Source: a virus. From it: a stretch of DNA of 38,000 bases. Every line of letters begins with the position of its first letter. Within the stretch, counting starts at the first letter, position 1. The stretch lies in IMG/VR virus record IMGVR_UViG_3300039008_000162, positions 1 to 38,000 of that record; one strand, 5' to 3'. The notes under the pieces were generated by a model that saw nothing but the letters and a program-made list of their open reading frames with translations, was not told where the DNA came from and did not search any database. Shown here piece by piece: positions 19,421 to 26,678 of the stretch. A program made the translations under genes and the position numbers.

Positions 19421-19871
19421 CTATGCAACTCCTGCTGTTGCCGCAGACTCCCTGAATAGCATCTTCAATAACATGCAGTTCATGCTCATGTTTCTCCGGT
19501 GAATACAACCCCTTCACTTTTAAAGCCATGTCCAGAGTCTTGCGCTGCACCTCAAGGGCTTCGACTTCAATCATGTCTTTTACTTCACCCTTCTCTGCAA
19601 ACATCTTCGTTTCTTTGGCATCAAGGAGCTGCACGAGCTTTTGTTTCAGCACGCTATCAGAAAGTCCCTCTTCTTCTAGCCATGTATCTATACGAGACTG
19701 AAGAGCCTTTTTATTCCGATAGCCAATTTCTGAAAGATTCGCGTCGTTCTTCCCACTGTACCCAGCAGCCCGTGCTGCATTGGTGGCATGCATAAACGTA
19801 GAACTGCCTCGGTCAAGATACGCCGCCAGCCACAGGCGTTGCTTTGGTGTCATGCCTTTTTTCTTAGCCAT
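19413..19871 (-). CDS. terS: Terminase small subunit
   Basis: From the internal Met: MAKKKGMTPKQRLWLAAYLDRGSSTFMHATNAARAAGYS, matching the Terminase_2-type HTH signature (TPKQ..F...Y....NAT.AA..AGYS). Confidence 0.75.
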   Translation of the reverse strand: MAKKKGMTPKQRLWLAAYLDRGSSTFMHATNAARAAGYSGKNDANLSEIGYRNKKALQSRIDTWLEEEGLSDSVLKQKLVQLLDAKETKMFAEKGEVKDMIEVEALEVQRKTLDMALKVKGLYSPEKHEHELHVIEDAIQGVCGNSRSCIDD

Positions 19872-20211
19872 TTGTGCGCTCCTCAAGACGGATAACTTTC
19901 TCTTTGGTGGCATCCACCTTTTTTTCCAGCTTCCCCACTTCGGTTTTTGTTGCATAGGTTGAAGCGTTTGAGAGCTGGCATGTATGCCTGCGCTCCGCCT
20001 CTTCATCTAGGCGCGCATGAACCTTGCCAATCTCGACGCGGGACTGCCGAAACTCTTCTTTAATATCTAGTGATAATTGAGTGAATTGGCTTTGTCGCGT
20101 TTCATCACGCTCATCCTGCGTATTCATCATCCGGCGTAACGAAAAACCTACCCATAATAACAGTAACGACAACACAGCTCCGGCTAATCCCGTGATAATC
20201 GGTTCATTCAT
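19864..20211 (-). CDS. N-terminally membrane-anchored coiled-coil protein; first gene of the late operon
   Basis: Start at MNEPIITGLAGAVLSLLLLWVGF with a GAGGTG SD. One TM helix followed by a charged helical region. Confidence 0.55.
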   Translation of the reverse strand: MNEPIITGLAGAVLSLLLLWVGFSLRRMMNTQDERDETRQSQFTQLSLDIKEEFRQSRVEIGKVHARLDEEAERRHTCQLSNASTYATKTEVGKLEKKVDATKEKVIRLEERTNG

Positions 20212-20324
20212 GCAACACACCTCGTTGAGATATTTGGGGAAAGGGTAACACAAAGGACAACCTCCCCAAAATAGCTGAAATAAAAAAGACAACCTTTACG
20301 AGCTGGCTACAGCGGCACATAAAA

Positions 20325-20612
20325 ATGATACAAGAAGGAATGAGAAGAGCAGCAAAAACAGATAGTAATCATGCACAGATACGCGACGCTCTACGTGCTG
20401 TAGGAGCAAGCGTTCATGACATGTCCAGTGCTGGTGCTGGATTTCCAGACCTTGCGGTGGGATTCAAAAAAAAGACGTTTCTGCTGGAAGTAAAAACAAA
20501 GACCGGCAGACTCACCAAGCCACAAGTAAAATGGCACGATGAGTGGCGCGGACACCACGCAATTGTCCGTACCGAAGAAGAAGCACTAAAAGAAATCGGA
20601 GCCATCCGGTGA
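20325..20612 (+). CDS. VRR-NUC-like PD-(D/E)xK nuclease
   Basis: Contains GAGFPDLAV...FLLEVKTKTGRLTKPQVKWHDEWRG..AIVRTEEEAL, the typical VRR-NUC pattern. Confidence 0.65.
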   Translation: MIQEGMRRAAKTDSNHAQIRDALRAVGASVHDMSSAGAGFPDLAVGFKKKTFLLEVKTKTGRLTKPQVKWHDEWRGHHAIVRTEEEALKEIGAIR

Positions 20613-20764
20613 AGTGCACGGTGACAAATATCAAGCTACCGGACACACATCTTGTGGAATGTCCTAAGACCACCCCGCCAAATTGGTTTGTCTACAAAAC
20701 GACCTGTACACAATGTCCCGACTGCTGGCGTAAAAAGGCAAAACAAAAACGTAAGCGTCGGTGA
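20609..20764 (+). CDS. Small basic Cys-rich protein
   Basis: GTG start overlaps the upstream stop (GTGA). The sequence ECPKTT...CTQCPDCWRKKAKQKRKRR is zinc-ribbon-like. The start is uncertain. Confidence 0.35.
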   Translation: MKCTVTNIKLPDTHLVECPKTTPPNWFVYKTTCTQCPDCWRKKAKQKRKRR

Positions 20765-20790
20765 TTCATCTTATTCATAAGGAGGCAATC

Positions 20791-21141
20791 ATGCCCGGTG
20801 TAAGAGAAGCCTTTGAGAAAGCGTTAAAGGACAAGTTCACTAAATTTTTTCTTTTTATTGTTAAGACTCTTCTAATACTTCTCACGATACGAATCGTCTC
20901 AGCGAACATCCAGCCGGATATGGCACAGCTTGCTTGGTTCGGCATTGTGCTCAAACTGATGTTATGCGGTGTTGCCGTAATCGGCTTGAAGGCGGTCAAT
21001 GTACTGTTCCATGCCATTCGTGGGCGCAACAGAAAAGCACTCATTGATACCATACAGGAGAACCCCATTGCGACGTCTATTTATGTTAGCGGCAATAGCC
21101 TTGCTGCTGCCCTTGTGTTTGGTCTCATACTCTCAAGCTGA
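20791..21141 (+). CDS. Holin-like membrane protein (about 3 TM)
   Basis: GGAGG SD at 20781. Three hydrophobic helices. Immediately upstream of, and overlapping, the lysin gene. Confidence 0.55.
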   Translation: MPGVREAFEKALKDKFTKFFLFIVKTLLILLTIRIVSANIQPDMAQLAWFGIVLKLMLCGVAVIGLKAVNVLFHAIRGRNRKALIDTIQENPIATSIYVSGNSLAAALVFGLILSS

Positions 21142-21439
21142 CAGTAGCAGATTCACACCTAAGTTTGACCGTCAGATCAAGCAGTCTATGCACAGGTGGC
21201 TCCCACATCTGGACTGGCGGTGGTACAAGGCGCAGCTCTATCAGGAGTCGATGTTAAATCCTAAAGCTGTTTCTCCAGTAGGCGCGAAAGGCTTAGCGCA
21301 ATTCATGCCCGCAACATGGAAAGAAATAGCCACACTGCGCGGCTACGGATACGCAAGCCCCCATTCGCCCAAGTACGCCATCGATGCCGGAGCCTACTAC
21401 ATGGCAAAGCTAAGGCGTGGATGGTCATCACCCCGCCCT
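21083..21439 (+). CDS. SLT-domain lytic transglycosylase (endolysin), 3'-truncated; the ORF reads on to 21523 through foreign sequence
   Basis: Signal peptide, then YQESMLNPKAVSPVGAKGLAQFMPATWKE and AIDAGAYYMAKL. The expected downstream AYNAG-type motif is absent after WSSPRP. Confidence 0.7.
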
Positions 21440-21600
21440 GGCTTAAAAAGCCGCTTCACCGCGCACAGTATTCACCATTATGTTCAACACACCGCCAGAT
21501 ACAGCAGTTCCTCGGACACATGAATATTCGCACAACCGGAACCTATCGACATGAATTGCAGATAGATCATGATATTTTGAATGCTTTTGATGGGGAGTGA
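21440..21600 (+). pseudogene. C-terminal remnant of a tyrosine recombinase/integrase, frameshifted
   Basis: RFTAHSIHH (degenerate HxLRH box) in one frame is followed by IQQFLGHMNIRTTGTYRH (LGH...TT..Y catalytic Tyr motif) in another. No N-terminal part is present. Confidence 0.6.
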
Positions 21601-21679
21601 GGGATAACTTAGAATATAACAAAAATAATAGCCCAATAACTGCAAGAACATAAAAAGTACATAGGACTTGGAGGACATT

Positions 21680-22147
21680 ATGCATAAAGTATTTTCAATT
21701 TTTATGTGCCTTGTTCTCTCTGGCTGTGCAGCCGGATTGAGAGTTGATCAGCTTGCCCCTATTGATACGTCATCAAACGAAGTTGTTATTTTAAACAACA
21801 CACAATGGAATACAAAAATGCGAAGAGCATTATCGAAGGAAGGCTTTCACGTAAAACATTTCTCTGCACTTAAAGAAATCGAACTATCCAACAACCAACG
21901 AAAAGAGACTTTCAACCTTGCCGATGCTCGGTACGGTTTAACACTCACCCCCGGAAGCACTGTAGACAGATGCTTAGGCGGAGGTGCTGTGAAATTTGGT
22001 GATTTTTCAGTCGAAGTTACCGACTTGAAAACAAATGAAATGGTTCTAGTTGTTGAACAAGGCGGATGGACAGACTTTTGTTTTCCAATGGAAGGTACCT
22101 TGTTTAAGGATTTAGCAGCAGCAATAAAGACCAATTGGGAAAACTGA
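21680..22147 (+). CDS. Lipoprotein, unknown function
   Basis: GGAGG SD. MHKVFSIFMCLVLSGCAAG is a signal peptide with a lipobox. AT-rich. Confidence 0.7.
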   Translation: MHKVFSIFMCLVLSGCAAGLRVDQLAPIDTSSNEVVILNNTQWNTKMRRALSKEGFHVKHFSALKEIELSNNQRKETFNLADARYGLTLTPGSTVDRCLGGGAVKFGDFSVEVTDLKTNEMVLVVEQGGWTDFCFPMEGTLFKDLAAAIKTNWEN

Positions 22148-22189
22148 CCAATGGAACCTTCCCTTTTTCATACCCATTCCAAATATAAA

Positions 22190-22221
22190 AAGCCCCATTA
22201 CTCACAAAGAGTATGGGGCTT
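22190..22221. terminator. Bidirectional terminator between convergent genes
   Basis: Perfect 9-bp stem AAGCCCCAT/ATGGGGCTT, flanked by an A-run and T-rich sequence. Confidence 0.6.
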
Positions 22222-22226
22222 ACTGC

Positions 22227-23168
22227 TTATGGCTCATATTTAATTCTTAGGTATTTTTGAGAAGGGTACTTCCCGTCTATTGTTTTGCATATTTTTTTAC
22301 CTTCAAGCGTTCCGTAAGGTGTATCTTTTAACGCTGAATCAATTTCTACTCTGTATGTTTTAGGGTTAATTTTGAGTAGCTTTTTATCAAACAGATTATG
22401 CAAATCAGCGCGGAGCAAAATTCCATTAGCCCGTCGATTATTGCCATCTTCATTATGATTTTGGATATGACAAGCATCGAGAGCATGATGCGGTGTCGTT
22501 CCTGTAATTGCACATCGATCGGCATACGCTCTTCTTAATACCCATCTAAATTTCCATTGGTTTATTCGAATTCTCGCGCGACGGTTCGCATACCTCTCTG
22601 GGTCATTCAACGCCTCATCTTCATAAAAAGAGCTAGTTTTAATAGGTTGATGATGCTTAACATAGCAAACCTCAATCAATCTAGCGAGCTTGGTAATAAG
22701 TTCACGCCACCCACCGTTTTCAACCAACAAATATCCTGTTGCAGGGCGATCATTACCAGCCCCCGTTACTTCCTTGCAATTTAATACATACTCTCGATAA
22801 TCTTCAGGAAAATCTTGAACTTCACCCAATTGCTCCTCGTACTCATCACACATTCTTTGGGGACGCCGAAGATACCACTGAAACTTGTCTCCCACAGGAC
22901 GAAGTAAAGCTAAGTTCAGCTGAAAGAGTCTATCGCCTGCATTATTATGCTTGCTCCCTATCTTTGGAATCAGGTAGAACGGCAGCTTCCAGTTTGAACC
23001 CGGTCCCCACTTTTGAAAGTGAATTGAATTGCCATTAGGCAAGTCCAACCGCTGGTAACAAATACCATCGTCTACATCTACAAGACATCCATCATCTAAG
23101 GCATCTTTTAAACCTTCCATTATGCTATAGCCAAGACCAGCTAATTCGTCATAGACCCCTTCACTCAT
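22227..23168 (-). CDS. HNH (HNH_2-type) nuclease with an uncharacterised ~200-aa N-terminal domain
   Basis: The C-terminus CAITGTTPHHALDACHIQNHNEDGNNRRANGILLRADLHNLFDKKLL matches the HNH_2 pattern (C.itg...l.aaHI...NGl.LradlH.lFD). Confidence 0.75.
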   Translation of the reverse strand: MSEGVYDELAGLGYSIMEGLKDALDDGCLVDVDDGICYQRLDLPNGNSIHFQKWGPGSNWKLPFYLIPKIGSKHNNAGDRLFQLNLALLRPVGDKFQWYLRRPQRMCDEYEEQLGEVQDFPEDYREYVLNCKEVTGAGNDRPATGYLLVENGGWRELITKLARLIEVCYVKHHQPIKTSSFYEDEALNDPERYANRRARIRINQWKFRWVLRRAYADRCAITGTTPHHALDACHIQNHNEDGNNRRANGILLRADLHNLFDKKLLKINPKTYRVEIDSALKDTPYGTLEGKKICKTIDGKYPSQKYLRIKYEP

Positions 23169-23334
23169 TCCAACCTCCCACTAAAGAACAGAATGCCAGC
23201 AATACGAGTTACTCAAATTTCATACGTGATTCACTTCAACATCCAAAAAATAAACTGCGAACACATGCAATCGAAAAATGTGTAACACACCGTAAAACAA
23301 AGCTTATGAACAAACAACCATTTCGCTCTGATGC

Positions 23335-23393
23335 CTCGAAATCGTGCTTAGGTGTCAAAGCCTAACGAGGGTCGAATCCCTCTCTCTCCGCCA
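23335..23393 (+). pseudogene. 3' half of tRNA-Ser(CGA), an attachment-site remnant rather than a complete tRNA
   Basis: Anticodon loop CTCGAAA, 3' anticodon stem, long variable arm TTAGG/CCTAA, T-arm GAGGG-TCGAAT-CCCTC (loop 1 nt short), acceptor TCTCTCC, then G-CCA. The required 5' GGAGAGA acceptor strand and D-arm are absent upstream. Confidence 0.75.
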
Positions 23394-23405
23394 AATCATG
23401 ATCCT

Positions 23406-23451
23406 AAGGGGTTTCTGAAGAGTACCAAATCTTCGGAACCCCTTTTGTTTT
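23406..23451 (+). terminator. Rho-independent terminator following the tRNA fragment
   Basis: Long hairpin AAGGGGTTTCTGAAGA...TCTTCGGAACCCCTT with one bulge, followed by TTTTGTTTT. Confidence 0.6.
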
Positions 23452-23505
23452 GAGGCTTTGGCACTTCCGGTGGTTTCAAGCGCCCTCATGGCAGCCCGCA
23501 TAATC

Positions 23506-23561
23506 TGGGGGTACATTTTGGGGTACGTCGTGATATGCTCAAAATCTTGGGGGTACATTTT
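23506..23561 (+). promoter_or_regulatory. Direct repeats TGGGGGTACATTTT (x2, plus a degenerate third), candidate integrase arm-type binding sites
   Basis: Identical 14-mers at 23506..23519 and 23548..23561, with GGGGTACGT at 23520..23528. They lie between the att core and the int coding region. Confidence 0.5.
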
Positions 23562-24761
23562 CATAAAAGCCTGAAACCCACGGGAGACGCCACTTTGCTA
23601 ACAGAATCAAAAATACGAAACCTCAAACCGGAAGCGAAAACAAAACGCTATTTCGATGGGCACGGCCTGTATTTGAAAGTCCGAAAGAATGGTTCTAAAT
23701 ACTGGCGCTGGAAGTATCGTTTTGGTGGAAAAGAAAAGCTACTTGCCTTCGGAGTGTACCCAACAGTCACGCTCAAGGCTGCACGCTTTAAACGAGACGA
23801 CGCCCGCAGAACGCTACTCTCCGGTGCCGACTCCGCCATTGTCAAAAATCAACAAACCACCGCGCCAACCTTTCAAGCAATAGCCGAGCAATGGCTTGCA
23901 CGCCAAACGCACTGGGCAGCAAACCATCGACGCACAGTTGTACTACGACTCCACAAGGCCATCTACAATACTATTGGCTCCGTCCCAATAACAGAATTGC
24001 AGCCTATCGATTTTCTCACAGCGTTACGGCGCATTGAAAGCAGAGGCTCGCACGTGACTGCGCACAAGGTTAAGGGCGTATGTTCGCAGATATGCCGTTT
24101 TGCGGTCGCAGCTTGCATAATTCCAAGCGATCCCACCCGCGACCTTAAAGGAGCGCTTACAACGCCTACACACGGTAAATTTTCTGCATTCACCACACCG
24201 CAGCAAGCCGGAGAAGTTATGCGCGCCCTTCGCAGCTACAACGGCTATGTTGTTTCAAAATTTGCTCTGCTACTTACCGCCTATACTTTTCCCAGACAAA
24301 AGGAGCTGCGCCACGCTGAGTGGACTGAAATAGATCTGCAGCGCGCTCTATGGATAGCACCCGCAGAAAAAATGAAAATGAAACGCGAACACGTTGTGCC
24401 GCTCTCCACCCAGTCGCTCGACCTGATCCGCACGCTGCAAACAGTCACCGGTGGTGGCAAATATCTTTTTCCATCTGTTCGCACAGCATCGCGCCCTATG
24501 AGTGAAGCAACTTGCTTGGCTGCCCTACGCCGTATGAGATTTACTAAAGAAGAAATAACAGCGCATGGCTTTCGCGCCATGGCATCGTCAATTTTGAATG
24601 AAGCAGGCTACAATCCAGATGTAATAGAAATGCAGCTGGCGCATGCTCCGGCTAACAAAATTCGTGCAGCATACAACCGCGCTCAGTACCTGCCAGAGCG
24701 ATGCAAATTAATGCAAGACTGGGCAGACATGTTAGACGCCTTCGAATCGCAGGAAAGCTAG
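23535..24761 (+). CDS. int: P4-type tyrosine integrase (DUF4102 N-terminal domain)
   Basis: LTESKIRNLKPE..KRYFDGHGLYLKV..NGSKYWRWKYRFGGKEKLLAFGVYP, then HGFRAMASS and LAHAPANKIRAAYNRAQYLPER. The true start may be an internal TTG near 23594. Confidence 0.9.
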   Translation: MLKILGVHFHKSLKPTGDATLLTESKIRNLKPEAKTKRYFDGHGLYLKVRKNGSKYWRWKYRFGGKEKLLAFGVYPTVTLKAARFKRDDARRTLLSGADSAIVKNQQTTAPTFQAIAEQWLARQTHWAANHRRTVVLRLHKAIYNTIGSVPITELQPIDFLTALRRIESRGSHVTAHKVKGVCSQICRFAVAACIIPSDPTRDLKGALTTPTHGKFSAFTTPQQAGEVMRALRSYNGYVVSKFALLLTAYTFPRQKELRHAEWTEIDLQRALWIAPAEKMKMKREHVVPLSTQSLDLIRTLQTVTGGGKYLFPSVRTASRPMSEATCLAALRRMRFTKEEITAHGFRAMASSILNEAGYNPDVIEMQLAHAPANKIRAAYNRAQYLPERCKLMQDWADMLDAFESQES

Positions 24762-24852
24762 GCTAGATGCGGCATTGCAGGCAGCGAATAGAAACACGCT
24801 TGCATAGCGCATTTCTGTTTGTGGCTTGAAGATTCAAACAAAAAAACAAGAC

Positions 24853-24890
24853 AAGCTCATAACTTTCGGCAAGTTATGAGCTTTTTCTTT
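24853..24890 (+). terminator. Rho-independent terminator downstream of int
   Basis: Perfect 13-bp stem AAGCTCATAACTT/AAGTTATGAGCTT with a 5-nt loop, followed by a T-run. Confidence 0.8.
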
Positions 24891-25203
24891 TATCGCAAGC
24901 AGTTGACTCTTTTGCACTACTTGGCAAAACATTGCAAAAAGTGCAATTGGCTATTCCATCATAAAACCCAGTACTGGCGGGCTCTGGCACACTGTTTTGC
25001 ACCCTTCGCTAATTGCAAAAAAATGACAAAAAAATGCTCGAAGGCGGGAGCGAAGGAGTGTTTTTGATTCTAAGATATACTTTTTTCACTTACATCTCGA
25101 CACCCTATTGCACAGATCCCTCAAAAAGCGCACAGTCCCTTGCTGCATACATGCTTTAACATTCTACGCTGGCAACTCACGCTACTACGAGGGACAAATA
25201 ATT

Positions 25204-26019
25204 ATGACATTATCAACGCCATCACTTCCGAAGACTAAAGCCGACACATCATACGACTCAGAATTAATGAAACTTTCTCACTATCAAAAGTATCCAAATA
25301 TGATTCCTTGGATTGGTGAATATTACTCTTCTTTTTCTCCCAAGATATTTGTCATTGGCGAGAGCCATTATTTAGACAAAGGTGATACATATCACCATGC
25401 TGCTGAAGATTGGTATGCTGGTATTCCAATTGAAAAACGTGCTAACAAAGGTTGGTACAGCACTAGAGAAATCATCGGGTCAAATGTTGAAAAAATAGCC
25501 AATAACGGCAAGTGGAGACTGAAATCTCATTCTATTTATCGCAATATTGATTCAGCTCTAAAAGAATTTATTCCAGCATTAACCTACACTCCTTCAGCAT
25601 TTACCCATATTGCGTTTATGAACTACTTTCAACGCCCCGCTCAAGTTACTGGTGACTCGATTAAGGTCACCGAACTCGACAGGAAAATTAGCTATGATGT
25701 TTGCTTAACAGTTGCCAAGCAACTTCGCCCAGACCTTATTGTTTTTACAAGCTCTCTTGCATTTAGAACCGCAAAAAAATCTGGATTCATAAATGAGCTA
25801 GCTGACAACGGGGCACTTGTCGGTGCTGTCCCTCATCCTAGTTGCCCGTGGTGGTATCGAAAAAATAAAAAAGGTCTTACGGGAAAAGAAAAATTTAAAA
25901 ACTACTTAGATCAAGGTAGGGGACTTTTCATTTGCTTTCTCTTTCTATTCAGTAATCCGTTCTCCCGCTCCATCAAAATGGGCGGCGGCATCGTCTACGG
26001 CTTTTTCCATGCTTTTTAG
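25204..26019 (+). CDS. Uracil-DNA-glycosylase-superfamily-like protein (divergent)
   Basis: Start at MTLSTPS with a GAGGGA SD. Three motifs appear in UDG-like order and spacing: KIFVIGESHY (cf. GE.PG), IAFMNYFQRP, VPHPSCPWW (cf. HPS). The last ~30 aa run antisense into the next gene and may not be native. Confidence 0.4.
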   Translation: MTLSTPSLPKTKADTSYDSELMKLSHYQKYPNMIPWIGEYYSSFSPKIFVIGESHYLDKGDTYHHAAEDWYAGIPIEKRANKGWYSTREIIGSNVEKIANNGKWRLKSHSIYRNIDSALKEFIPALTYTPSAFTHIAFMNYFQRPAQVTGDSIKVTELDRKISYDVCLTVAKQLRPDLIVFTSSLAFRTAKKSGFINELADNGALVGAVPHPSCPWWYRKNKKGLTGKEKFKNYLDQGRGLFICFLFLFSNPFSRSIKMGGGIVYGFFHAF

Positions 26020-26133
26020 GATGAAAATTAGCTCTGGGTACTTATCGCCGAATTCTTCATGCATCATGTTTAGGGAACGGGCGATGTTGTAGAGAGTCAT
26101 TACGTGATCTGTTTGCTCTACTTGCTGACTCAT
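25945..26133 (-). CDS. Small helical protein, unknown function
   Basis: 62 aa. Its start overlaps the upstream stop (ATGA). GC is higher than in the surrounding cargo. Confidence 0.45.
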   Translation of the reverse strand: MSQQVEQTDHVMTLYNIARSLNMMHEEFGDKYPELIFILKSMEKAVDDAAAHFDGAGERITE

Positions 26134-26315
26134 GCTGCTACCCTCCGCTCTACGGTGTTAGCGAGCTCGATGAGCTTGTCTGCAATGTAGTCCAGCGCGA
26201 GGCTGCTTTCTGCTGTGGAAGTGTCTTTGCGGATCTGTTGGAGCGTTGCAGCTGCGTCGCGCAGCTCGTCCATGCTTGGAAGCATTCCGGTTGGAATGGT
26301 GGTAGATTGTGCCAT
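26130..26315 (-). CDS. Small helical protein, unknown function
   Basis: 61 aa with an AGGAG SD upstream. Translationally coupled to 25945..26133. Confidence 0.5.
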   Translation of the reverse strand: MAQSTTIPTGMLPSMDELRDAAATLQQIRKDTSTAESSLALDYIADKLIELANTVERRVAA

Positions 26316-26385
26316 TTGGCAACTCCTGAGTGTTGTTTGAGTTTATGAGAAGTTGTCCATAACCAATAAAAAAGGTCGGGAGTTC

Positions 26386-26604
26386 TCAAACCGCACTCAG
26401 CACGGCAGAAGGCTTTCCCCTTGCGGGTATTATATGACCTTCGTACTCCCGACCAAAATATTTGGCGAATATGTAATTCAAGATGCTTCCGATCACAAGA
26501 TGCACTATTCCTAGGGACTGTGCATTTTGGTCATTAGACGCAAAAAAAAACCACTTCTTACGGGAGCGGATAAGCCGCTGAGTGTCAAAGGTGTTTGAGA
26601 TCAC
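26386..26604 (-). CDS. Doubtful 72-aa ORF
   Basis: Open frame only. It contains a T9 run, and its 3' third lies inside a long hairpin structure. Confidence 0.2.
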   Translation of the reverse strand: MISNTFDTQRLIRSRKKWFFFASNDQNAQSLGIVHLVIGSILNYIFAKYFGREYEGHIIPARGKPSAVLSAV

Positions 26605-26678
26605 CTAGGGGAGAATATGCCGAAGTTTGCAAGCAGGGTCAAGTAGGAAAGAAATTTCAGGAAACGTAATATGCTATC

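Larger units (their letters stand above)
1403..21447. mobile_element. Podovirus-like prophage late region (packaging, head, tail, ejection, lysis); truncated, with no replication or lysogeny module
   Basis: About 21 tightly packed minus-strand genes run from TerS/TerL/portal to ejection-like proteins, plus a divergent lysis block. There is no tape measure, sheath, integrase, repressor or replication gene. Confidence 0.7.

Noticed and set aside
23281-23393. A complete tRNA-Ser gene
   Set aside because: There is no GGAGAGA acceptor 5' strand, D-arm or 5' anticodon stem upstream of 23335. Only the 3' half is present, and its T-loop is 1 nt short.
23355-23564. The 69-aa minus-strand ORF (MKMYPQDFEHITTYPKMYPQ...)
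   Set aside because: It spans the tRNA fragment, its terminator and the 14-bp direct repeats. The repeated MYPQ is just the translation of those repeats.
26542-26550. The A9 homopolymer as a phase-variation switch
   Set aside because: It lies in an ORF I do not believe is real (26386..26604), and there is no evidence of a downstream gene whose frame depends on it.
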